A stretch of DNA of 63,860 nt, counting the filler, from Chrysochromulina tobinii (lineage: Eukaryota), in NCBI GenBank assembly GCA_001275005.1. It is 6 parts of 6 records of this genome, joined end to end, with 100 filler letters (N's around TTAATTAATTAA, not from the genome) between each part and the next. Parts side by side here need not be neighbours in the genome. Positions count along the whole stretch, not along the records: positions 1 to 20,512 come from JWZX01000797.1; 5 more parts are not named here. One strand, 5' to 3'. The translations under genes and the position numbers were made by a program. Below the pieces are notes generated by a model that was not told where the DNA came from, ran no database searches, and saw only the letters and a program-made list of their open reading frames with translations. Shown in pieces: positions 9,286-20,216 of this stretch. Within the stretch, counting starts at the first letter, position 1; each line of letters opens with the position of its first letter.

Positions 9286-11541
9286 TCACCCGGGAAGGAT
9301 CAAATTCTTGGGTGGTTCGCTTCCGCGCCGCGCCACCGCCATACGCGCCTGAGTCCCGCGCCGCGGTGGTCGAATGCCCAATTGCACGCCCAATAGACGG
9401 TAGATGAGGAAACCCATCAGGAACGCGAAGCCAAAGGGAGAGAGGAAGTAGAAGAAGTCAATCAACTCGATCGCATTGTGACGGCTCATCAGCCGGAGGA
9501 GGTGCTTGGAGAAGGGGCGCACCACCAGCCGGCGAATGCCGATGCGCACGCTCCCGAGAAACTCGGGGTACGGCCGCATGAGCAGCTCGACAACTTTCCG
9601 AAGATCCTCAGCTGGGATCAGGCGGTTTGAGTCGTACCACGGTTGATTCGCCCATCTCTCCCAATACCCAGGCGCATGTGAATGTACGCGTTTTGCGGTT
9701 GGCGGCGGCCTCGGTGTCGGTGGGTCTGTCTTGTCCTGCAGCTTGTGCTTCTGCCAGTTCGCCTTCAGCTTCTGCGCACTGTCGCTGTCGTCTGGATCGT
9801 TCTCAATCTCGTTCATGATTTCTTCTGCGTTCTTATACCTCTTCGCTTCGAACTCCGCCTGAGCCTTTTCGACGTCCGATGCCACCACTTCACCATGTTG
9901 CGCGGCGAGCACTTTATCTAGGGACCCGCACAAGCCGAGCAGCTTCGAAGCGGTAGCCGTCTTGTCGTGCTTCGCCACGAGCGTGTACAGCGTGCCCGCC
10001 CGCGCCACGTGCCATGACTCGTCCGTCGAAGCTTCAACATCCACGAGCGCGCACGCCGCTTTCAGGTCCTCCACCGTGCACTGTCCACCATCCGGCAAGG
10101 CGAACAGCGACGCGACAGAGAACAGCGAGAGAGGCTGAAGCCCCTGACCTGCCCCCCGGCACTCATTGGCACACACCTTTCTCATACCGTCGGCATTCTC
10201 GGCGCACTCCTGTAAGTGGACCCAGTGCTTGCACAGCTTGCGCGGCTCCAAGCCCTGACGAGTCACCGTCTTGGGGGAGTGGTGATGAACGGCGGTGCTG
10301 AACGGGGCTGCTGCCGCTGACGCCGCCGCCGCCGCCGCCGCTGACGCCGCTGACGCCGGTATGCTAGGGGTGGACGCGGGTGATGGACGAGGTTGCTTAG
10401 CCGGCTGCGGGACGTGCGCCTGGCCTGACTTTCCGCGAGTCATGGACTCGAGCGTCTGCTTGTCGTAGACCACGCGCCCGCCCGGCGCCACATTGATGTT
10501 ATCCTCGATAACCTTGCGGCTGCCCTTGCGAGCCATGAGGTCGTGCGTCTGCTGGTCGTAGATCACCTTGGCCCCCGGCGCCACGTAGATACCGTTCTCC
10601 TGAAGGTTGAGGTCGCCGCCTTCCGCCTCAAAGATACGCTTGAGGTTGCCGCCTTCCGCCTTCGCCTCCGCCACGTGGATGTGCTTCCACTCGCCCTCCG
10701 AGGCTGAAGGTTGCACGGAGCCTTGAGGCTTCACAATTGTGACCTCGCCCACCTCGGCCCACTTGCCACCGCCGGGCAACTCGGGCATCGTCGTCACCTT
10801 CCCGTCTGGGGTATTCTCGGTGAGCATGAAACGCACGCCTTGGGCCATGCTCTCGCTCAAGCTGACGAACCCGTCCTTGTTCGTGTCCGCCTTGAAAAAA
10901 AGCTCTCGTACCTTCTGCTTGGTCATCAAATAAGGTCCGTTTGGATCCGAGGTCATGTATCCCGGCGCCATATCGGTATCGATACGGACGCCGACGAGCA
11001 ACTCCTCGAACTGCTCCATCGTGAGAAGCGTCTCGCCGGCTGCATCCCGTGTTATTGAGTCCAGTTGAACTTCACTTACTTTCCCCCACTGGCCACCCGG
11101 TCGCGCCGTTTGAGTGGCCTGCGAATGCTGCTCTGCCGCCGCCTGCGCACCCCTCTGGCGGCGGCGGTTGCGTACGGCAGCGGCCGGCTCCGCTGGCGTC
11201 GGCACCACCTGCAGCAAAGGTGGCGGAGAGGGTGGTGGCAGCGGCTGCGGCGAGGGCGGCGGGGGTGGCGGCTCATCAATCTCGATGGGACTCTGCAGCA
11301 TCGCAGCCAGCTCGGGATCGAGGTCACCAAAATCGTCGACGTCGGCAACGCCGGAGCCCAAGCCCTGCGGCAGCGCACCCGCCTGCCTGACAAGACTGGC
11401 AAAGGTGGCAGACTCAGGGACCTCCTCGACCCCGTTCCGATGGATCGATGGAATGCCCGGAGTAGCGTACTCTCGGCGACCGGCTGGCTCCGCTGTGCCC
11501 GAAGCCACTATCAGGAAAAGCGATGATGCGCCCACAGTCAT
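9286..11541 (-). CDS. Predicted membrane protein with EF-hand and ShK-like domain
   Basis: Possible signal peptide MTVGASSLFLIVASG, EF-hand loop DTNKDGFVSLSE, ShKT-like CKHWVHLQECAENADGMRKVCANEC and a C-terminal hydrophobic segment. Start codon uncertain. Confidence 0.7.
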   Translation of the reverse strand: MTVGASSLFLIVASGTAEPAGRREYATPGIPSIHRNGVEEVPESATFASLVRQAGALPQGLGSGVADVDDFGDLDPELAAMLQSPIEIDEPPPPPPSPQPLPPPSPPPLLQVVPTPAEPAAAVRNRRRQRGAQAAAEQHSQATQTARPGGQWGKVSEVQLDSITRDAAGETLLTMEQFEELLVGVRIDTDMAPGYMTSDPNGPYLMTKQKVRELFFKADTNKDGFVSLSESMAQGVRFMLTENTPDGKVTTMPELPGGGKWAEVGEVTIVKPQGSVQPSASEGEWKHIHVAEAKAEGGNLKRIFEAEGGDLNLQENGIYVAPGAKVIYDQQTHDLMARKGSRKVIEDNINVAPGGRVVYDKQTLESMTRGKSGQAHVPQPAKQPRPSPASTPSIPASAASAAAAAAASAAAAPFSTAVHHHSPKTVTRQGLEPRKLCKHWVHLQECAENADGMRKVCANECRGAGQGLQPLSLFSVASLFALPDGGQCTVEDLKAACALVDVEASTDESWHVARAGTLYTLVAKHDKTATASKLLGLCGSLDKVLAAQHGEVVASDVEKAQAEFEAKRYKNAEEIMNEIENDPDDSDSAQKLKANWQKHKLQDKTDPPTPRPPPTAKRVHSHAPGYWERWANQPWYDSNRLIPAEDLRKVVELLMRPYPEFLGSVRIGIRRLVVRPFSKHLLRLMSRHNAIELIDFFYFLSPFGFAFLMGFLIYRLLGVQLGIRPPRRGTQARMAVARRGSEPPKNLILPG

Positions 11542-11617
11542 GGGAAAATATCGCGCGGCAGCAACGCACGATCTGCCCGACGCGGTCGCTTTCTCTTTCA
11601 TCAGCATGTCCAGAAGT

Positions 11618-11699
11618 TCAATTAGTTTCGTCGCGGTCCCCCTGTACGCCATGCTCACCTAAGTCTCAACGGACGGCTCCGCACCCCTCGGTCAACACA
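11618..11699. repeat. Dispersed ~80-nt repeat, copy 2
   Basis: Direct-orientation match to 8985-9061 with a few substitutions and indels. Confidence 0.85.
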
Positions 11700-11976
11700 T
11701 CCGTTGCCCCTCGTTTCTCATTGTGAATGGGGGCTCCTCCCACGCCGCCGGCCGACACGCCGACTCCCCTTGGGGAAAACGGCAATTGGAAAACGGAGAG
11801 GAGTGCTGCAGTGCTGGGCGCGGTGTTCACAAACTTTGTTTAGACTCTGGCTGTTGCATGTTTCTTCTCAGAAATGTTTGGACGTGCAAACTTCCGAACT
11901 TCCGAAACTCCCAAAACTTCCTCGACTCCTGCACTCGACTCCCGTGTGTGGTGTGGTCGATCCGAGGAGCAACAGC

Positions 11977-13728
11977 ATGGACGGCGTCGTCCGCCTGCTG
12001 CTCTGGCAGGTGCTGGGCGCGCCAGTCGTATCTTCCGATCCCACGCATGCGCACATCGAGCGCATTACCTTCAGCGTCAGCTTGGAAGGCGGTGGCGGGC
12101 CGTCATTTCAACAGCAGCCGCATCGGCAACAGCAACAGCGGCAGAGGAAGCTCTCAGATGTGGGTCCGCTGCCTAGCAAGGCGCTGCTGGCAGCCATGGA
12201 AGCATGCGGTGCCGGAGGCCTGGCGGACGAGATGCTCGCGCTCGAGCATCGAGGCGTCAAGATATGGATCACTGCAGACGTGCCCGAGGGATCGCAAACA
12301 TCGGGCCATGCTGTCCTGCGCGCCGTGGGCACGGACATGAGCTGCTTCACGCCAGCGCTGCAGCAGGAGCTGCAACACTTCGTGGTTCTCTCCGACCGGC
12401 CCAAACTTAGGTATGGCATCGTCGGCGCACCCGAGCCGCCCCCCTCGCCACCGCCACCACCAGACCCGAAGCCGCCGCCCTCGCCGCGTCCCTCACCACC
12501 GCCGCCCCACCCACCGCCACCGCCGAAACCATTTCCACCCGGTCACTGCACCCCGCCCTCCAAACCACCTCTACCACCTTCACCGCCGCCCCCCTCGCCC
12601 TCGCCGCCGCCGCCCGGGCCTAGGTCGCCGCCGCCCTCGCCGCCGCCACCACCCCATCCCAATCCGCCGCCGCCGCCGCCCGGTCCACCGCCACCATCGC
12701 CGCCATCGCCGCCGCCACCGCCGCCGCCACCACCACCTAATCAACCACCGCCAGAGTCGGCCAAATACACGCCCTTGGTGCTGGCGCTGATCTTCTTGCT
12801 TTTCATCTTGCTCTGTGCGTGCAAGGAGGCATGGAAGAGGCTGAAGCAGTCCAAGAGCAAGAAGAGTGCACACTATCAGCCCTTGTCAGAGGGGGGCAGT
12901 CCCTCCGAGGTATGCATTGCGGCCATCACAGAGTGGCTAAATGGCTGGAGTCTGAGTGGCTATCAGTCCTTCAATGACGATGAGCCCTTGAAGAGTCCTT
13001 CGAGGTCGAAGAGCCCCCCCCCAAAGGAAGGCCAATTCGGAAAGTACACTCTGGGCTCGTTCCGACTCCCAAGCACCTCCACACTCCTTCCTCCTGAGTC
13101 GAAAGACGCCCTCGTGACCGAAATTGAGGCCAAAAATCAGCGGAGTAGCCCGGAGGCGAGCACAAAAGGCAAGGGGGCCAAGGAACGAGAAGCGCAGGCG
13201 CAGGTGCAAGCAGCCAAGACCGAAGAGATCCGGTCGCGGTTGAACGAGCGGAAACGCGCTGCGGCCGAGGAGCTGGGTGCTAGCTCGGAAGGTCACTCTG
13301 CCAAGGAGACCCGATCTCCCCCCGCGAGCGCCGCCAAGGAGATCCGATCTCCCCCCGCGAGCGCCGCCAAGGAGATCCGATCTCCCCCCGCGAGCGCCGC
13401 CAAGGACAGCGGACCTCCCGCGAGCGTATCGGTTCCATCGCCATCGGCCGTTTTCCCTTCAGCTTCAGCTTCACCACCACGGGCGGCGCCGTCCGCGCTA
13501 TACTGCAACAAGTTCGAGGTGGCGGCGGCATCACTGGCGGCGGATCTGGCGGCGGCGCAGGCGGCGGCGGCAGAGAAGGCCAGAGCTGCCAAGATCACCG
13601 AAGCCGTGAGGTTGGGCCTGCTCCGTCTACCTGACGACCTGGATGACTTACGCGGACTCGCGCTGGCACGACCGAGGGCAGCCCTTGGCGATGCAAGCTC
13701 CCCAAAGAAGGCAACTCCCGGCAGCTGA
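11977..13728 (+). CDS. Proline-rich (extensin-like SPPP) single-pass membrane protein
   Basis: N-terminal hydrophobic segment, long PPSPPP tract, TM segment LVLALIFLLFILLCAC and a 33-nt x3 repeat (SAAKEIRSPPA) at ~13297-13405. Confidence 0.75.
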   Translation: MDGVVRLLLWQVLGAPVVSSDPTHAHIERITFSVSLEGGGGPSFQQQPHRQQQQRQRKLSDVGPLPSKALLAAMEACGAGGLADEMLALEHRGVKIWITADVPEGSQTSGHAVLRAVGTDMSCFTPALQQELQHFVVLSDRPKLRYGIVGAPEPPPSPPPPPDPKPPPSPRPSPPPPHPPPPPKPFPPGHCTPPSKPPLPPSPPPPSPSPPPPGPRSPPPSPPPPPHPNPPPPPPGPPPPSPPSPPPPPPPPPPNQPPPESAKYTPLVLALIFLLFILLCACKEAWKRLKQSKSKKSAHYQPLSEGGSPSEVCIAAITEWLNGWSLSGYQSFNDDEPLKSPSRSKSPPPKEGQFGKYTLGSFRLPSTSTLLPPESKDALVTEIEAKNQRSSPEASTKGKGAKEREAQAQVQAAKTEEIRSRLNERKRAAAEELGASSEGHSAKETRSPPASAAKEIRSPPASAAKEIRSPPASAAKDSGPPASVSVPSPSAVFPSASASPPRAAPSALYCNKFEVAAASLAADLAAAQAAAAEKARAAKITEAVRLGLLRLPDDLDDLRGLALARPRAALGDASSPKKATPGS

Positions 13729-14438
13729 TCTCCCAAAGAAGGCAGCTGATCTCCCGCAGTTGTTTGACGTGGCGTGCAGAGTCGCACCCCGCCTGTGCGC
13801 CTACGATGAACCCCGGCCTCGCACGTTGAGGCGCGATCATTTGTACATCGCGATTGCCATGTATGCTCCTGGTTCCGTTATGGCTTATTAGCTAATATAT
13901 ATACACTAATGTTACAGCATGACAGTGTGGGGCGTGTCCTTCCGACTGTCTTGTGGTGTGTCCCGGGTGTGCCGTGCTCGCTATACATGTCAGAACTCAA
14001 TCTTGAATCATTTTGCTAATATCTATCTCGTCACGCGAGTTGCTCGCGCGCATGCTCGCGCGTTAATCCCATTTAATCCGTACTAAAATATGGCGACCAC
14101 AGGACGCACCGCACTCGAGTCTCGACTACGAAACCGGCCTCGCCTGAGCCACCGCGCCGTGCTTTTGCCGTGCGGCACAAGCTGATACAATGTTTTTCCC
14201 CCCTTTCCGTACGAGTTACACATTACAGCTGCGACGAAACCGCAGAGTTCGAGAGTACGGTACACCGGCAACCGGGTGACGGTTCAATAGACCAAACCGT
14301 TTCAATTTGGAATTTCGCGTGCGCGTGCGTGGGGGGAGAATACATCCCAAAGCCGCACACATCCGGACACATCGGAAACGAAGGAAATATGATCCGAACT
14401 CCTCAAATCGAATCGAAGAAATCGAAGGAAACGAAGAG

Positions 14439-16543
14439 TTATACTCGTCGACTTTGTGTGATGTCGTTGTGGGTTCGGAGGGCGTCGCTTTGAGAGCGCG
14501 CTTGTTTGGTCGCGCCCGCGCCTGCCTCGCTCAGATGATAGGGCCAGGAGCGTACGCCGTCGAGCGAGCTAACGCAGTGCCTCCGCTGCGCGGCAATCCG
14601 CTCGCCCGCCGCGCCAGCCTCGCGCTCAAGACGGCGCTCGAGCTCGCGCATCTCCGAGACGCCCTGGGCGTCGTCTGGTTCGGTCGCGCCAAAGTGGTTG
14701 TCGAGCCCGCGATACACGACACGCGCGCTCTCGTCCATGATCGGCTCGCTGTCGGCGTGTACCTCAAGGAAAGTACACGTAGCCAGCTGCAGGACACTCA
14801 CCTGCCGTCAAGGAGCGAGCATGCGGTCATCAGTGGCAATCAAGCCACGCTCATGTTCGCCGTGCATGCATGTGGTCATCAGAGGCCATTCCGTTACGGC
14901 ACTCGCAGCGACGTGGCGAGCTGCGAGGCGGCCACGGCATGGTTCCGGTTTCGTCACGGAATGGTTCTCGTTTCGTCACGGAAGGGTTCTGGAGTCCGGA
15001 AGGGTTCTGGTTTCGTCACGGAAGGGTTCCGGTTTCGTCACGGAAGGTTTCTGGTTTCGTCACGGAAGGCGCTCACTGAATGGTTCTGGTTTCGTCGCAC
15101 GAGGGAGCCCTCGACGATTGCATGCGCGCTGTTGTGGCACACGAGCCCGTCATTCCGGTGCCCCTCCACGATGCAACTGGACAGCTTGAGCACCGCCTCA
15201 CCGCTCACGGCAGCGCCCAGAGCGTTGCACCGGAGGTCGCAGCACGAGACGGCGACCATCCCCGCCCCTCGCAGGAGTAATCCCATGTGACCGTTGTGCT
15301 CAATGACAGATCCCATCAGCTCGCTCGGCGCGCGGCTGAAGAACTTGAGGCCCGCGAGCGCGTTGCCAGCGACCAGGCAGTCGTGCAACCATAGCCGTGC
15401 CGCGTGCTGGACGGTCACACCCGACCTGAGATGGTCACGGATGTATGTGGCTCGGCACAGCACGCGTGCGTTGCCCTGCACCAGCAAGCCAGTCGACGGG
15501 CGCGCTGGTACGACGGCTGTGAATGTGAATGGTCCGTCGTTCACATTCACAGCTGGTACGACGGTCGCCGTTGCCGCCACCGAGAGCGCCGCCGCCGCCG
15601 CCGCCGCCGCCGCGCTTGTCGAGCCGGGGGGCGCGTGAGGGTCGGCCCAGCCTCGGCTCAGGACGCCCAGGATCTCGCTGCCCGAGATCGCAACCTCGGC
15701 GTGACCTCCCGCGCGCACGCCGCCGTGCACGACGCAGTCGTCGAGCGCCCAGATGCCTTGCTCGCCCACCGCCACACACCGATAGTCGGCCACCGGCGTC
15801 GCCCCCGGCGGCATGTCCGGGTCCTCTGCAGCATCGAACCCGCCACCCAACCCCACCGGGGGCGCTGCCGGCGCGCCGACGCCGCCTGTTGCGTCTGGTA
15901 GCGTGAGCGTGAGCCGGCACAGCTGCCCTCGGCCGTTGGCGAGCACCAGCTGCGCACGCAGCACGGTCGCCAGCGCGAGCACCGACGTGGCGCCACCCCA
16001 CGTCGCGGTGGGCACCTGTGCTGACGCAGCGCCTACGATTCGCACCGAGGCGCTCACCCTCAGTGTGCCCTCGTCGAAGATTCCAGCCGCGAGGCAGAGC
16101 GTGTCACCGTCGCGCGCGCTCTCGAGGGCTGCCCGAAGGCTCGCAAAGTGGCAGGCGGCGCCGCCCACACGCAGCGCGCGGGCGCTGCCCAAGAGACCGG
16201 AGCACGGCCATGAAGCATGCGGCAGCGGCAGTGAGGCCACTCGAAGCGCGTAGTACTCGAGCACACTGATCGTCGTGCCGACCGTGCGCGCCACCCGGGT
16301 AGACAGCTGGGACGGCCAGGGCATCCAGCCGCGTGCCTCGATCATCGCCTTAATGCACTGCTCAATGAGTGCGGTGCTTAAGATTTGCCTCAGCGCCTTG
16401 CATGTTCCTGAGAGCGCCGCGAGGGCTCCGTGACAAGAGACGCGCTCCGCAATCTCCTGGAGCAGCGCGTCTGGGATCATGTCGAGGCGGCTGGGCGAGC
16501 CGAGTTCCTCCAGCGTGTCGCCCATCATCTTGTCGCCCATCAT
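14439..16543 (-). CDS. F-box plus right-handed parallel beta-helix protein (FBXO10/11-like architecture); intron 14802-15076
   Basis: F-box LDMIPDALLQEI..LSGTCKALR, FASLRAALESARDGDTLCLAAGIFDE and PbH1-like repeats. A phase-0 GT..AG intron joins NHS|VSVLQLATC. Confidence 0.8.
14802..15076 (-). other. 275-nt intron filled with ~21-22-nt exon-derived tandem repeats
   Basis: GTGAGC...GGCAG. About 6 units of CCGTGACGAAACCAGAACC(C/A)TT resemble the exon end GTGCGACGAAACCAGAACCATTC. Confidence 0.7.
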
Positions 16544-17045
16544 CTTGCCCGCGGCGGCCGTGCCTATTGCATCGAGTTTCGAAGCAGTTCACGACCTAAT
16601 CTGCTGTGAGTTTGGCGCCATGTTGAGCTGGTGCGTTCGAGACGCAAAACTTCAAGGGTCTTGGGGAGAAGTTCCGTTGGGGATGTTGGGCTTTACCCGG
16701 TTCAAAAACACCGGGGATAGCCGGGACACACAAGCTACTGGGACCCGACAGTGTTGAAGGGACCCCGATGGTGCGATTGGGGAATTGAAGGCGTGTGGTG
16801 CCGACTGATGTGGTTGAGTATGACGGGGTGAGTTAGGTGGAGTGTTGTTGTTCTTTCTCAGTCTGGCTTCCCCAAGGCTTCCTCGTTGTTCTGTTTCACC
16901 TATACGATAGAGTCGACGTTGAGTCGGGGCTATAAGCCGTAGCTACGGTTACTGTAAATGCCGTGTGCCCCGCCCTCGAGGGGTCCGAGGTGTGACAACG
17001 GTGATCGGTCGTTGTCATCAGTCTGAGATCGGAGCCCCCGTCCTT

Positions 17046-18461
17046 TCAAGCCTTCGGCTTTATACCCTTGCCGCGCTTCTTCTTCTTCTTCTTCTGCAGA
17101 GCGTCGCCGGTCGAGAGCGTCCCTTCGTTTGAAGTCGCTTCGTCCTCGTCGGCCTCGAGCTCAGCCTCGATCTCGGCAGCGCCCGAATCCGAATCCACGG
17201 AGCTCGCCACTTCCATGGCCACGGCGGGTGCGATCTCGGGTGCGATCTCGGAGGATGCCGCGCCGGCCGCCTTCCCAAAGTGAAGCAGCAGATTGTTAGC
17301 AGGCATGTCTACCTTCTCGCGGAGCGGCAGCCCAAATCCCGCCGCGAGCTTCGCCAGCTCGCTCACGTCGCGCAGGCCCCATGCCGCGTTCGTCGTGCGC
17401 AACTTCTCGTCGAACTTGGCGTTGCCGGCGCCGCCGTCGGCGCCGACGTACTCGCCATCCACCCTGAAAGGGCCGTACAGCATCAGATGGCCTCCTTTTG
17501 CGAGCGCCTCCCCAGCACCTCGGAAGAGCCCGATTGAGCATTCCCAGGGAGTGATGTGCAGCGTGTTCACGCAGAAGATGAGCACGAACTTGCCGTTCTT
17601 GTCGGTCACCTCGACGGGCCAAGGCTGTGAGAGATCGAGAGCGACGGCCGGAAGGACGTTGTGGAAGACTTTGCAGCCGTGCTCGTCGATGTTGCCGAGC
17701 TCATCGAGCCCAGCTCGGATCCCGATCTTGCCGTGCTTACTCCACTGCTCGTCAGGGCTCGCGGCAACCTTTGGGACGAATTCGGATGGCTGCACGCTCA
17801 GGCGCGGATAGGCGGGCGCTACAAGTTCCATCAGAGCTCCCGTGCCTGTAGCAATCTCGAGGGCGGCGCCGCTGAACTCTTCGGCGTCGGGCAGCAGCCT
17901 GATCATGGCCTTCAGGATCGGGACGCGATTGCGCATCGAGCTCGGGTGATGCTGTTGGCCAACACCCTGGGCCGCCAAGACCGCGGCGATCAGCTCAGCG
18001 CTGACCTCGACGCTCTCCGCAGCCTCCGGTGTTGCCTTCTGCGGAGAGGCCAGCGCTGGCCGCGCTTTCGCCGCCGCCGCCTCATCGGCCGGCACCGCTG
18101 TCTCCGACTTTGCATGCTCAAGCAGCGCCGTGAGCTCTGCCTCCATTTCGGGGTTCAAGGCGGCCATGAAACCCCATTTTATGGCCGCTGCCGCCTGCTT
18201 CTTGGCTGCCGCCTCCTCTTTGGCTGCCTCGAGAGCGGCGGCAGCCGCCACCACCGCCTCCGACTTTGCATGCACGAGCAGCTTCTTGGCCATGCTGAAG
18301 AGCTCCGCCTCGATTTCGGCTTTCACGTCGGCAGCCATGGCCGCGGCCCTCTGCCGCTTAAGCGCATACACCTCTCTGGCCGTCTTGAGTTGCGCCGCCG
18401 CGGCGGCGATGGTCGCCGCCGCGGCGATGGGCGCTGCCTCGTACGATACCTGAGCCGGCAT
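17046..18461 (-). CDS. DUF938 / METTL26-like SAM-dependent methyltransferase with Ala-rich N-terminal extension
   Basis: RNRVPIL, LEIATGTG, QPSE, NTLHITPW..GLFRGAG..L..GG.LMLYGPF, NAKFDEKLR..WGLRD and DMPANN motifs. Confidence 0.88.
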   Translation of the reverse strand: MPAQVSYEAAPIAAAATIAAAAAQLKTAREVYALKRQRAAAMAADVKAEIEAELFSMAKKLLVHAKSEAVVAAAAALEAAKEEAAAKKQAAAAIKWGFMAALNPEMEAELTALLEHAKSETAVPADEAAAAKARPALASPQKATPEAAESVEVSAELIAAVLAAQGVGQQHHPSSMRNRVPILKAMIRLLPDAEEFSGAALEIATGTGALMELVAPAYPRLSVQPSEFVPKVAASPDEQWSKHGKIGIRAGLDELGNIDEHGCKVFHNVLPAVALDLSQPWPVEVTDKNGKFVLIFCVNTLHITPWECSIGLFRGAGEALAKGGHLMLYGPFRVDGEYVGADGGAGNAKFDEKLRTTNAAWGLRDVSELAKLAAGFGLPLREKVDMPANNLLLHFGKAAGAASSEIAPEIAPAVAMEVASSVDSDSGAAEIEAELEADEDEATSNEGTLSTGDALQKKKKKKRGKGIKPKA

Positions 18462-18608
18462 CAAGCACTCATCAAACGAGGCAAGTTTGACGAAATCGTG
18501 TTCGTGGCGAAGGTTGTCCTGTGAGTTGATGACTGCGGTTTTTATTTTCGAACGACTCGCGCGCAAACTTTGACTTGGAGTCTCCCGATCGCGGTCGAGA
18601 AGGTGTTC

Positions 18609-20216
18609 ATGAAGCGCTCAAGATCGGAGGCTGTGGCCGCCGTGAGCACGATCGCCGGCTCGCGTGAAGGCAAAGGTGGCTTTGCAGACGGCCCAGCCGC
18701 CGATGCGCGCTTCAATTGCCCTGGAAGCGCGGCGATCGATGCCGATGGCAATATCTTCGTGGCCGACGAGCACAACCACTGCATCCGCAAGGTCACTCCG
18801 GATGGCACGGTGAGAACACTCGCCGGCTCGCGTGAAGGCAAAGATGGCTTTGCAGACGGCCCAGCCGCCGATGCGCGCTTCAATCACCCTGGAAGCGCGG
18901 CGATCGACGCCGATGGTACTATCATCGTGGCCGACAAGGCCAACCACTGCATCCGCAAGGTCTCTCCGGATGGCACGGTGAGCACACTCGCCGGCTCGCG
19001 TGAAGGCAAAGGTGGCTTTGCAGACGGCCCAGGCGCCGATGCGCGCTTCAATCTCCCTGGAAGCGCGGTGATCGATGCCGATGGTACTATCATCGTGGCC
19101 GACATGTTCAACCACTGCATCCGCAAGGTCTCTCCGGATGGCACGGTGAGCACACTCGCCGGCTCGCGTGAAGGCAAAGATGGCTTTGCAGACGGCCCAG
19201 GCGCCGATGCGCGCTTCTATTGCCCTGCAAGCGTGGCGATCGATGCCGATGGCAATATCATCGTGGCCGACATGGCCAACTACTGCATCCGCAAGGTCAC
19301 TCCGGATGGCACGGTGAGCACACTCGCCGGCTCGCGTGAAAGTGAATGTGGCTTTGCAGACGGCCCAGCCGCCGATGCGCGCTTCCATGGCCCTACAAGC
19401 GTGGTGATCGATGCCAATGGCAATATCGTCGTGGCGGACTGGGGCAACGAATGCATCCGCAAGGTCACTCCGGATGGCACGGTGAGCACACTCGCCGGCT
19501 CGCGTGAAAGTGAATGTGGCTTTGCAGACGGCCCAGCCGCCGATGCGCGCTTCCATGGCCCTGCAAGCGCGGCGATCGATGCCAATGGCAATATCGTCGT
19601 GGCCGACGTGTTCAACCACTGCATCCGCAAGGTCTCTCACTGTGGCCTTTCACGCGGCCTGTGCTTGCCGCGCTGGTCCATCGACCCGTCGACAGCCCAG
19701 GAGGACATGCTCCACATGCTAGCGGACGACGCGTTTGCTGACGTGACCTTCGAGGTGGAGGGCGCGCGCATCACCGCCCATCGTGCCGTGCTCGTCAGCC
19801 GATCCGCGTACTTTCGAGGCATGTTCAAGTCGCCCTGCCGTGAGACGGCGCCAGACGCCGTCATCGTCGTCCGAGACACGACAATCGCCGCGTTCCGCAA
19901 GCTGCTGGCCTATCTGTATGGTGACAGACTCGAGCTGGACGACGACGTGGTGCTGGACGTGATGCAGAAGACCCGCGAGTACCAGCTGACGCGGGCGTTC
20001 AATATGTGCATGCGCTACTGCATCCAGCACGTCCGAAGCGCGACTGTGGTGCCGTGGCTCTTGGTGGCGGATGCAGCGCGGCTCGACGAGCTGCGTGAGG
20101 CGATGCTGCAGCACCTGAGGCGGCACCTTCGGTCGATACGGGCGGAGGCGCCCGAGGCTCTGGCCGCCTTGCGCGCGTCGCCCGACCTCATGCTCGAGCT
20201 CATCAACGCCTTGTGA
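18609..20216 (+). CDS. NHL-repeat (6-bladed propeller) plus BTB/POZ protein
   Basis: Six 56-aa repeats STLAGS..GFADGP.ADARF..P....DADG.I.VAD..NHCIRKV with a 168-nt period, then BTB ADVTFEVEGARITAHRAVLVSRSAYFRGMF. Confidence 0.95.
   Translation: MKRSRSEAVAAVSTIAGSREGKGGFADGPAADARFNCPGSAAIDADGNIFVADEHNHCIRKVTPDGTVRTLAGSREGKDGFADGPAADARFNHPGSAAIDADGTIIVADKANHCIRKVSPDGTVSTLAGSREGKGGFADGPGADARFNLPGSAVIDADGTIIVADMFNHCIRKVSPDGTVSTLAGSREGKDGFADGPGADARFYCPASVAIDADGNIIVADMANYCIRKVTPDGTVSTLAGSRESECGFADGPAADARFHGPTSVVIDANGNIVVADWGNECIRKVTPDGTVSTLAGSRESECGFADGPAADARFHGPASAAIDANGNIVVADVFNHCIRKVSHCGLSRGLCLPRWSIDPSTAQEDMLHMLADDAFADVTFEVEGARITAHRAVLVSRSAYFRGMFKSPCRETAPDAVIVVRDTTIAAFRKLLAYLYGDRLELDDDVVLDVMQKTREYQLTRAFNMCMRYCIQHVRSATVVPWLLVADAARLDELREAMLQHLRRHLRSIRAEAPEALAALRASPDLMLELINAL

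Noticed and set aside
14307..15290. 327-aa plus-strand ORF with GFRFRHG repeats
   Set aside because: It is antisense to the F-box gene's last exon and repeat-filled intron, and the repeats explain the open frame.
16934..16950. Palindrome CCGTAGCTACGG in the intergenic region
   Set aside because: A single short palindrome with no second copy or element boundaries seen in the window.
18618..19640. Long antisense and alternate-frame ORFs over NHL, LRR, beta-helix and coiled-coil genes (also 21473-22504, 43348-45537, 58406-59926)
   Set aside because: These are shadow ORFs caused by high GC and repeat periodicity. They have no motifs, and the other frame has clear homology.
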